From positions 23,004,001-23,064,000 of the forward strand of contig NC_086109.1 of assembly GCF_963921235.1 (NCBI RefSeq): 60,000 nt of DNA, written 5' to 3'. The stretch comes from Mobula hypostoma. Lineage: Eukaryota. The notes beneath the pieces are model-generated. The model ran no database searches and was not told where the DNA came from. It saw only the letters and a list, made by a program, of their open reading frames with translations. Each line of letters begins with the position of its first letter. The first letter of the stretch is position 1. The translations under genes were made by a program, and so were the position numbers. Below are positions 15,501 through 27,500 of the stretch, in pieces.

Positions 15501-18500
15501 CTTCCAATGAGGCATTGCTACAGGGTCGGGTCAGGCCAAACCTTGGCTTTGTGGATCTTCGCCGTTACTGACCAAATGTACCATTTCTAGTCTGAGCTCT
15601 TCAATGAAACCATGAAGTAGTTTCCTTACTCATTCTCATTCGATCTTTTTTGAGCTGGTGGTGAATGGCGGACACTTTCTCAAGTAAGACTCCCACTTTT
15701 CCGATTCTATAAAGTAAATCAGAGGAAAAAGGCATTAATTATTCTTCATTGGCTGACATTTCCTTTTCACCTTGGTTCCTTCTCTCCTCAATTCTGGGGT
15801 GTGATCTAATGGCCACTATTCAGGTCTCACTCATGTCAAGGTTAAGGCAGCAAGCCTGGATAGAGATCCTGACCCTGTCTCATTCTTTACCAACACCAAA
15901 GACAACCTTTGAGCAAAGACTCAATTAAAACAAGAAAGAGCTCTTAATTATATAGCTCATTTCATGACTTCAGATACAAGACAGCACTTTAGAGCCAATG
16001 ATTTTATATAGGAAACATGCACAAGTCCCACAGGCATTGAAGAGAATATTTTTTAATTTTAAAGCTATGTTAGTTCCACCTGGGAGAGACTCTTCAGAAA
16101 AAACCCTGGGATCTTTTTTTTAAAACCTTGTGTTGGACAGCAGACAAGGCCTCAGGGGTTGAGGGTGGGAGCTACTAAACAATAACGCTCATTCAACACG
16201 GCATGGTGAGCCTGGTCCCCTTACACAGGTCACTGGGATTTGATCTCAACCTACAAGCATACCACAATAAGTGAAAACAAGATGACATCATACCATCTGT
16301 TCTGTTCTAAAATTACAAACCAGCCTAAGTCAAACCACTCCAAACCTGATTGAGCTGGAGAGCTTGTAGCTCCCCCCTCAGATCAGACCATTGCTTTCAG
16401 CCTGTGTGGCAGTTCCAAAAAGACAGGAGGCAGAAAAGTAGGAAAGAACTTTGTAAAAAATGTATGATCAGTGCATTTATTTACCAGTGCTCAGCCCAGT
16501 CTGATTCAAGCCAAATCCAACACACATATTGGGTCATGGCAGCCTCAGGTCATATTGCCAGATTCTAGTCTCTCCCTTCCTGAAGCTGAGGCCTACAATC
16601 CAACTGTAGCCAGTTGTTACCTTTCAACCATCAGGCTCATGAACCAGCGTGTATAACTTCACTCACCTTAACACCGAACTGATTCCACAACCTATGGACT
16701 CACTTTCAAGGCGTCTACAACTCATGTTCTCAATATTTATTATTATTTTTTCTTTTGTATTACACAATTTGTCATCTTTTGCATATTGCTTGTCTTTGCT
16801 TGTGGGCAGTTTTACATCTCTTCTATTGTGTTTTGTGTTTCTTTGTAACTACTGTGAATGCCGGCAAGAAAATGAATCTGAGGGATAGTATATGGTGACA
16901 TATACAGTACATACTTTGATGATAAATTTACTTTCAACTTTGAACTGGGACAGGAATTTGAGACAGATTTGCTCAGTAACCTCTAGTTAAATACAAAGCA
17001 TGCAAATGTCAAGGATTTGACTTTGACATTTTTTTTTGAATCTTCTTCAAAAAGTGAAGGTCTGTATAAAAGTGGTGTATATTAATAATATTGTTAACAG
17101 AATTGAGTATTATCCATTTTTCACTCGTGTCCAAAATTAACATCAACCTTTTCATCTTATACACCCGAATATGAAGTCATAGTTGTCACACCATAACTTT
17201 GTACATTGAAGATGTGTCCCACTTAGCCGCTGCACTTCATCCCACTGGAATTCCCAAACTATTTCCCACATTTCACACCAAAGAATAAATCCCACACATT
17301 ACATTGTTGAAAGGACAGTCAAAGCACAAAGCAGTCAGTTCAGATTTTCCACATTAATAATGGGGCAGCAGAGTAGCGGAGTGGTTAGCACAATGCTATC
17401 ACGGTACTAGCAACCAAAGTTCAATTGCTGGCACTGTCTGTAAGGAACTCACACGTTCTCCGTCACCGTGTAGGTTTGCTCCGGGTGCTTTGGTTTCGTC
17501 CTACATTCCAAAGACATATGGGTCAGTAGATTACATGGGTGTAATTGGGCAGCACAGGCTCATTGGATTAAAGAGTTATTACTATGCCGTAAAACAGACC
17601 AAAGAGCGATCAGGGTCAGGTAGTAAATGCTGGCCTTGAAAGCAAGCTCCACATCATAACATATGAAGAGAATTCTTGAAGAATGATGAGTAACAACAGC
17701 ACAGAAGTCAAAATGGAGACTTAAAGGAATTTGAGAGCGAGCAACAAGGGACTACTATTATAGCACTGAAGGGCCATTCATTTAAAATTGTTACCACAGA
17801 GTGAAGGGAAAATTATGAGCAATGTCTTTACAGAGTATTATTGAAGTTGGAAATGCTTTGTCACAGGAATGGTAAAACAACAGGGAAAAATATAAATTGG
17901 AGAACTCAGGGTCATGGGGAGAGTAGAATACTTGTACGTAGATTACTCTAGCAATAAAGCTAGCACAGATATGATGGGATGAATGGCACTGATCACTGCT
18001 GCCGTCCTTTAGGGCCCAGCTCCTTAGGTTAAACTGTGCTCACGTATTGTCTTTGTGATGGATGTCACTGCTGTTGGACCATTCCGCTGCTATCAGATCC
18101 AGTTGCTTCTGACTGTTTTTAACATTCTGGGAGATGCCTGCCAGGAAATCCATCGTCTGCAACACAAGACATTTAAACTTAGATCAGATATTGCCCTTGC
18201 TGAAGAGTGTATTACGCAGCTATCTAGTGTACAGCGGACAATTTAAACTCAAAATAAAGGCACCTCTGCTGTGCTCCATCAAGTATTCCCAGATACACAG
18301 ATGCATCAAATACTTCAGGTCAAGTACAATGCCTTAGATACTGAGAAGATCTCCCTCTACAGCGTCCCAAATGTTCAAAGTACAAAATAAACATTTTCTC
18401 ATGGGCATATTCAATAAATCCAATAAGTGTATAGAATCAATGAAAAACCACACCAACAGGGTGGACATCCAGTGTGCAAAAGGCAACAAACTCTGCAAAT

Positions 18501-21500
18501 AAAGTAAATAATAATAAATAAGCAATAAATATCAAGAACAAGAGGAGTCCATGAAAGCGAGTCCAGGGGGTGGAGGAACAGTTCAGTGATGGGGCAAGTG
18601 AAATTCTCCCCCCTGGCTCAAAAGCCTAATGTTTCAGGGGTAATAACTGACCCTGAACCTGGTAGTGAGAGTCCTGAGGCTTCTGTACTGTCTACCTGAT
18701 GGCAGTTGCAAGAAGGGAGCATGACCCTGGTGGTGGGAGTCCATGATGATGGATGCTACTTTCCTGCAACAACACTCTGTTTAGATGTGCTCTGAGGTAA
18801 GGAGGGCTTTACCCATGATGGACTGAGCCGTATCCACTACTTTTTGGAGGATTTTCCATTCAAGGGCATCGGTGTTTCCATAACAGGCTGTGAAGTAACC
18901 AGTCAATATAGACTCCTATAGAAGCTTCACACGCAAGAAATGCTGGTGAACGCAGCAGGCCAGGCAGCATCTCTAGGAAGAGGTACAGTCGATGTTTCGG
19001 GCCGAGACCCTTCATCAGGACTAGCTGAAAGAAGAGATAGTAAGAGATTTGAAAGTGGGAGGGGGAGGGGGAGATCTGAAATGATAGGAGAAGAGAGGAG
19101 GGGGAGGGATGGAGCCAAGAGCTGGACAGGTGATTGGCAATAGGGATATGAGAGGATCATGGGACTGGAAAGAAAGGGAGGGGGGGAAGCCTAGAGGATG
19201 GGCAAGGAGAGAGACAGAGAGAAAGAAAAATTAATAATAATAAATAAATAACGGATGGAGTACGAAGGGGAGGTGGGGCATTAACGGAAGTTAGAGAAGT
19301 CAATGTTCATGCCATCAGGTTTGGAGGCTACCCAGACAGAATATAAGGTGTTGTTCCTCCAACCTGAGTCTAGCTTCATCTTGACAGTAGAGGAGGCCGT
19401 GGATAGACATATCAGAATGGAAACGGGATGTGGAATTAAAATATGTGGCCACTCCCACTTTCAAATCTTTCACTATCTCTTCTTTCAGTTAGTGCTGACG
19501 AAGGGTCTTGGCCCGAAACGTCGACTGTACCTCTTCCTATAGATCCTGCCTGGTCTGCTGCATTCACCAGCATTTTTTGCGTGTGTTGTTTGAAATTCCA
19601 GCATCTGCAGGTTTTCTTGTGTTTGCGTCCTATAGAAGCTGGTCAAGGTTTTAGATGTCATGCCAAGTCTTTGCAAACTCCCAAGAAAGTACAGGCATTC
19701 TGTGCTTTCTTTGTAATTGTACTTGCATGTTAGGCCCAGGACAGTCCTCTGAAATAACATTGAAGAATTTAACGTTGCTGACTCCTCCACCTCTGACCTT
19801 CAATGAGGACTGGCTCACAGGCCTCCAGTTTCCTCCTCCTGAAGTCAATAATCAGCTCCTTGGTCTTGCTGTCATTAAGAGGAAGTTGTTGTGGCACCAC
19901 TCAGCCAAATTTTCAATCTCCATCCTATCTGATGATTTGTCACCAGCTTCAATTGAGCCAATGACAGTGGTGTCATCAGTAAACTTAGATACGGCATTAG
20001 AGCTGTGCTTAGCCTCAGTCATAAGTGTAAAGCAAGAAAATGGGGCTAAGCACATGGCACTGAGATACACCTGTGCTGATGGAGATGTTGCCCATCTGAA
20101 CTGACTGGAGTCTGCAAGTGAGGATATTGAGAAACCAGTTACACAAGGAGGTATTGAGGCCATGGTCTTGAGGCTTATTGATTAGTTTAGAGAGGACGAT
20201 AGCATTGAATGTCACACTGTAGTCAATAAAGAGCATCTTGATGTATGTATCTTTGCTTTACAGATGTTCCAGGGTTGAGTGAAGAGTCAAGGAAATGGTA
20301 TCTGCGTGGACCTGTTGTGCTGTTAGGCAAATTGAGGTAGGTTACCACATTCTTCTTAGGCACCGGTATAATTGAAGCCTGCCTGAAGCAGGTAGGTACC
20401 TCAGACTGCTGAAACGAGAAGTTAAAATTATCAGTGAACCCTCTAGCCAGTTGATGCACACAGGTCTTTAGTATTCAGCTAGGTACCCCATCTCGGCCGG
20501 ATGGAAGGATGCTGACATCTGCTGCAGACTGAAGTCACAGGATCATCGGGGGCTGCAGGCCCAGTAATCCAGTTGCACATCACAGCGTGAACCGCCCCCT
20601 GCACTTTTCTTCATCCTCTCATTCCCTGTGTCTTCCGATTTTTAAAAAAACCTCAATGTTTTTTTCAAACTTCTGATTGGTAAGCTTTCCTTCCTCTTCA
20701 TCTTTAATTTCAACTCCATTTATGGGCAGTTACCAGACTATTGTGCACAATCGACACCTGAACCAGTCACAGCTATTTTTGACCAAGTCCTCCCATCAGG
20801 AAACTGAACTGCTATGATTTATCCCAAAGCTGGTTTATTTTGTGTCTGCAATTTACTCACCAAAATTGGATGCAGAGTCATGACTTACAACTTGGGTACT
20901 TCAGTTAGATAATATGAATAAGTATTTTTATTTTCCTCAACTCTCCCTCAGGGATTTAAGTTGTATTGTGCGGTTGCAGGCTAAAAACATGGACATAGAC
21001 TGAGGTGCCAGTGTACTCAGTGCATAGGACCCTTTCAGCACTGCACTGCAGCCCATCCCATTCCTCAACATCACACTATTAGGACTTGCCCTACATCACT
21101 GTCTGGTTCCCCCCTCCCCCCAACTATTCGTTGATATTTCTGCCTCACATTTACTTTCTCTGGTTTTCTCCCAGCTCCATGGCAGCCTTTACCATGGGTT
21201 GGGCTTGAACGAGATGGCAAGTGTGAGGTCAGTCAACAACTGTTGCACGACAACAGTGGGCTTCTAAACCTTTGAAACAACCGGAAACCACATTAATGAT
21301 CACAGGTTTGCTTTAGGCCAAATACAACACCCAAAACGGGCAAAGCCAAAAATTCCACACTAGTGTTTTGACCTCCCCTATCTAACTTCATATTTTAGAT
21401 CCTTCAGTGAGATATCCCTCGCCCTTCTAACCTTAGGAAAAGGACAACGAGAGTCTATCCTGTCACTTAAGGTTGACTAAGCGTACCTTTACTCTAGTCA

Positions 21501-24500
21501 CGTGCCTTAGCCCAATATCCCAATAGCAACCTTGACTATCAAGATGCTGTCAAAGTTAAAAAATTAATTTAAAAAAGTTTCCGTTTAGTCCTGCAATAGT
21601 TTTTTTTTGCTCAGGGAAACATCTTGTGACACTAGTTCTGAACGGAGAAATCCAGATACTGAGATACATCCTAGGATATGCTGGGACACAGCAGTGATGC
21701 AACCTGGGGTCATTGGGAGTTTTGGGTCTTTCAACATTAGATACCCTCGACCAGGCGACCCAGGCAGAGTTGATCAGGCCCTGCCTTGTATCCCAGCAGC
21801 ATTGGTCCATGGGTCACACCTCTTGATCTATAGCCACCTGGAGGCTCGTTCAGCAGCCTCGGTGATGGTGCTGACGGCATTATGGGGGCTGCAAAGAAAA
21901 GAGCCAAGGAGAGAGTAGGTTCTGCACAGCAAGCAGCCAAGTAAACCTCGACAGGCTCCAATATCCTTCTGTGCCAGAGTTGAGGTGTAGGAGAAATCTA
22001 TGCCTGCTGTCCTAAGCTCAGTACCAATCAACACCAGACATGAACAATTAACCTACCGATTGCAGCTTAATATGGACATCACCAACTTCAGCTGGATTTG
22101 TTCGATAGTGTGGGCCACATCTGTGAGGAAGATTTTAACAATTAATATTCTGATCTATTTCTACATCTGCCTCGTTTCTTAAACAGGAAAATTATGATCA
22201 GCATAGCTGGAATCAGTTAACAAGCCGACATAAAATTTAAAAAGTGCAGTTATAATCAGCACAGGCAAAATGGACAATGAATTAGTGCCTGCAGCACAGG
22301 TTACTCTTGGGTAACCTCTGATCTGATTCTGGTCTGAAAAGATTTTTTTCCTCCATTCCCCTCGAAGAACTTGGCTCTACTGAATGCAGATTCAAGTAAA
22401 GACATGATTCAAAAACTGCTTTTAGCATCACTGTATAGGATCCAGCCAGAAGGATGAATGTAGGCACTATCTTCTAAAAATTTTCAACACATTTCACGGT
22501 TGTAGGACAATCTAGGGTAGATTGATTTTAACAATGAATGTGCATGCATGAAAGAAAGGGAATAAACAAGGCAAGTCCCCATGTTAAATGAGATTTGTAG
22601 CTTGGTTTGTTAAGTGCTTGTGTTCAAGAGATATGCCAATTTTTAACAATGGCATTCAGCATTTCGTGCTTAATCATTTTTTAAATGTCAGTTATTCAAA
22701 AATGCAAAGTTTTATTTATTTATTTAGAGTTGGACCAAGAAGGGCCTGTGCTGCGTTAACAAGCCGCACCACCCAGTGATCTAGACATTTTTACCCCAGC
22801 CTAATCACAGGATGGTTAGCCACGGACAATTAACCTACTGACTGGTAGGTCTTTGGAACGCGGGAGAAAACTAGAGCGTCAGGAGGAAACGCACCCGTTC
22901 ACAGGGAGAACCCTACAAACTCCTTTCTGTAGGTATCGGGACTGAACTCCAACACCCTGAGCTGTAATAGCATCATGCTAACCAGTGTACTACCTTGACA
23001 CCCCAAGTTTTCAGAGCCAGCAAAGACTGAGTAGGGCTTTATTCACTGTCAGAGGTTTTTTTTAAAAAATATGTATAAATAGGAGAACCATGGATGTGCT
23101 TACTTGTTGACTTCTGCCACAATCTCCATCTCTACCCATCACCATTCCTCACTCTACTGAGTTGTTGCCATTGCAAGAAATAGCACAACATCAGAGTACA
23201 GGACTGCCCTTTAGAATAGGGACGAGAAGGAATTTCTTGAGCTGGAGAGTAGTAAATCTGTGAAAGTTATTGCCACAGATTTCTGGAGGTCAAATCATTG
23301 CCGATATTTAAAGTGGAGGTTGACAGGCTCTTGATTAGTCAGCAGGTAACAGGGAGAAGATAGGAGAATGGGATTGAGAGGGATAACAAATCAGCCATGA
23401 TGGAATGGCAGAGCAGACTCAATGGGCCGAATGGCCAAATTCTACTCCTATGTCTTATGGTCTAATTGTCTATAGAAAAAGGTAAATCTAGATGACCAGT
23501 AGCAGAGGACAGGCATGAAGAAAGCAGTCCAAAGGCAGTAAAATTTAGTCTTATGACGTGGCCCACATGGGATTTATGGGGTTAAGCTACAGTACATATG
23601 AGAAGCCAGTTATCAATATTTTCCATAAAAAAGGTGACAGGAACATTATTAAAATTCTAACCTCGACCACAGTCAAGAATATAACCCAGATGTCTGGGAT
23701 CTGGAAACCATTTAGTGCATCAGGCACAAGTTAAAATCCGGTACGCGTACTGGCTGTGGTGGATGTACGCTTGTTATTTTAGGTAGGTAGCAAAAGAGGG
23801 CAGTAATAGTTAGGAGAAGTGTGCATGTAAAATTTGAAGCAAGGCAGGCGGCAAATACAGTTTGGCTGAGGAGGAGCAGATGTCTTTGGACTAGTGTTCC
23901 CAGAAGCCTCACATCATTGGGAGCTTTCCAGCTTTCACATCCAAATCTGCTATCGATTAGCTGATGGATAATCGGTTACATGATTACGTTCAACTCCATT
24001 ATTTTTATGTCATCTAATTAGAAGGATGAGGTAAAGTGAATAAAATACATATGCATGAAGAGCAGTAGATCATTCAGCCTGTTTCATCAATTGTCAAGAT
24101 TTGGGCTGATCTAATCTCAACCTCAAACCGACATTCCTAGCTACTGAAGCCTATACTTGCTCGAATTCCGAAGAATGAGAGGACGATCTAATAGAAGCAT
24201 ATAAAATTATGGATGCAATAGATGTGATAGGGACAGGAAAGTGGTTTCCACTGGCAGGTGAGACTAAGGGACATAGCTTCAAGATTCGGTGGGGGGGGGG
24301 GGAAAGAGGAGTAGATTTGGGATGGAGATTAGGAGGAACTGCTTTTTACCCACAGTAGTAAATCTGGAATTCCCTGCCATGAAAACAGAAAAGGTTATCT
24401 CAATAAATATATCCAAGACAGTTAGATAGATTTTTTGCACATCAGGGGAATTAGGATTATGGGGATAAAAGGCAAGTAGTAGAGCTGAGCCCACGGCCAG

Positions 24501-27500
24501 ATCAGCAATGATCTTATTGGATGGCAGAGCAGACTCAAAAGGTCAGAAGGCTGACTCCTGCTCCCATTTCTTCTGTTCTTGAAGCAACCTTTTGCCTGAT
24601 GGGACTTGCCTTTTCCCCAAGTCCCTGGAAGGAACTGAAAGCAGCAACTGGTACTCACATCTTCTGCATGGTCATCATGGTGCTCTGGCAGGAATCCAAC
24701 TTCAGATTCAAAGTTGTAACTTGCTGAATAGTTTTTCTGCAGTCCTCTTTCAAGATTGCACTAGAAAAACAATCAATCGATTAGGACTGTCAATCAATCC
24801 AGCTACCAATTAGTTTGCCCATCAGCGTTGGCCTCTCAAATTCTATCAACCTGAAAAATCAATGAACTAGTCTATCATTTGCAACTAGATTAAAAAGCAA
24901 AGTCAACTAGCCTGAGCTCTTGTACAATTTTCCAAAGACTAAAATTTTAAAGTGGTTATAATAAAGCTATTGCAGTGAGTGCTTCCGTTGGTCATGGTTG
25001 ACCATGGAAGTTCTGTTCCAGCAGTCCGTGTTGTACAAACGTTTGTACATGCAAGTCAGGGCAGTACAATATGGAGGGCAAGTTGTTGCCTATGTAGCAC
25101 AGGCTCCCCCTCTCCACACTGCTGACAAATCCAAAGGAACAGCAGAGACTGACAGAGTTCAGCACCAGCAACTTCGCAGGAGTTGCCCGTCAGCACTGAA
25201 TCCAATGTAGGACTGCCGAAGGGACTCCAGTTCCTGCTTCCCCTCCCCACGCTCTGGGTTGCCCCATGGCTATAGTCACAGTACAGCAGAGTTTTGAGAT
25301 CAGAGTATTCCTTCTCCTAGATGTACTGCCAACCACGGCTGATGAGCCCTATCTGGCCGAAGCAACTGGTTTTAAGGCACCAGTAACCCACATTTGCCTC
25401 TTCTCCTGGCAGTAGAAACAATTCAACCAGGCTAAGTAGCTGAACCGCAGGTGAAGGCTAGGAGCTGGACTGATTGTCAGAGGCCATTGGGAGAATCTAA
25501 TAGGTAGTGGGAGCTTATTCCCATTACCAACCCCAGCTACAACTTTAAGGAACCTTGCAATAGGATATTACAATAAGTTTCAACAAATATATGATGATCC
25601 AACTCATGATCCAATTCAAGTGAATTGAGATACAAGACAGCCATAGACAAGGTGGCATTTAGTTAGGCCAATTATTACTCATCTGTTCAAATATATTCTA
25701 TAGCCTTGTTATTACATCCAATTGTCTCCAAGATGACTTTAAGATTTGTGCCTCCACAACTCTATGTGACTCTCCCACCACCACCCCCCCACCCCAAATA
25801 CAGTGGTAATCTCAGTTGATGGACTAATTCCTGATATCAGTCCTAGAATTAACCCTTTAGTGGTTCAGGTTGGTTTTCTTCTACAACTTAATTTAAAGCA
25901 ATGTTCTAGATTACCAAGAAACCTTAACTCAGGTATACAGCTCAAAAGAAACACTTCTCAGACTTCATTCCTAGGCTCTAGTACTTCAGCCTTCTCTCAT
26001 TTTTCCAACCAGACACTGGAAGGAGCCTTAATATCTTGCTCCGCTTCCTGTCTCAGATCTTTTTGCTGTTCCTTGGCTGACAGAATTGTGCAATGTCTTA
26101 AGTCTGAGTCTAAAGAACAGTGCTAAATTATGTGATCTAATCTAATACCATGTGTGGTGTCCAGACTAGATGGCGAGTATCAATATGGCGACACTACAAA
26201 CGTGACTGTCCCACCAGAAACCCAAGAATATTTAAATACAAAACCAATGGATCACAGTAAGCACATGAAGCCTAATTAACTTTCATCCTCTCTAGCCAGC
26301 CACCTGGCTCCAATAATCCTGGCGATTATAGTGAACTCAGCACAGGTAGAGTGTCTATTTGGGCTTACAACTCTGGACCAGATACCAGAGTCCTTTGAGG
26401 TCCACATCAGGAGTATTCAAAAGATTCACTCAGAAGCATTGTTTGAGATCTATTTTCATTCTGTTAATAAATCAGTTTGTGGTCCCAGGTCTTCCCATCT
26501 CCATAATCTCTTCCAGCCCCTAAATCTCTGCACTCCCCCCACCCCCCCACCCATTATAGTCTCTTGCCCACCTTTGACATTAATTGTTCCACCATAAGGC
26601 CACAAGACACGGAGCAGAATTGGAGCATTCTGTCCATCGAGCTTGCTTTACCATTCAATGAGGCCAATTTATTTTCCTTCTCAGCAGTACTTCCCTTCCT
26701 CCTCCCCTAACCTCTGACACCATCATTAATTAGGAACCTATTAAACTTTGCTTTAAATATACTCAATCATTTGGCCTCTACAGACATCTATGGCAATGAG
26801 TTCCACTGATTCACTATCTCCAGCTAAAGTACTTGTCAAATATATCTGTTCTAAAGGGGCAACTTTTATTCGGACTCTCCCACTATTGTATACATCCTCT
26901 CCACATCCACTATCTAGAGCTTCAAATAGTCGGTAGGTTTCAGAGATTTCTCCCCCTTATTCTTCTAAACTCCAGTGGATTCAAGCACCACCACTGACAA
27001 TATGACTTTAGTTACCATGAACCCAAGTTCCACACTTCCCTCCCGAAGCTTAAAATATCTCTCAATGACAATTTTCACTTGATTACACTCTTGGCTGCTG
27101 CTTCCAAAGTTTAAATGCATTTGACAGGACTGCATAAATGTCAAGTTGTCGTCATAACCTTTTCACCAAAGCCCAAGTGTCAAATTAAAAAACAAACTCC
27201 AAATAAAGGCTTGTGACAGTTCCAACTCATAAAATTTACATTTCACAAGAGGAACAGTTCCCGTTCTCAAATTGTACAAACAGGGATAGAAACCTACATT
27301 AACTTGAACTGATGTTGCAGGACAGCAACAATATCTCTCAGTGCAGGAAAGGATATTGAAGTGAATTAGCTTTTCACCTTCTGCAGATACTCACAGCATC
27401 CAGTATAATCCCCGAAAGATTAAGTCTTGACATTTCATTAGGGATTTTGTGATCCTTAGCAGTTGGTGAACAGCACTTGTCACAGTCTGGAACAGGAAAC

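Larger units (their letters stand above)
18927..19627. mobile_element. Penelope-derived element with ~135-bp inverted arms, each carrying a minimal hammerhead motif
   Basis: 13-bp TSD TCCTATAGAAGCT (18914-18926, 19628-19640); internal part matches the PLE remnant at 58360-58430. Confidence 0.8.
18372..20560 (-). mobile_element. Decayed Rex1/Babar-like LINE interrupted by a Penelope-derived insertion
   Basis: RT fragments ([37 protein letters not shown]). Confidence 0.8.

Noticed and set aside
17362..17440. tRNA gene
   Set aside because: Box A/B-like motifs continue into a SINE body, and no full cloverleaf is evident.
26369..26460. Candidate exon 10 with AG/GT boundaries
   Set aside because: In-frame stop codon; the exon at 27395-27486 fits size, phase and homology.
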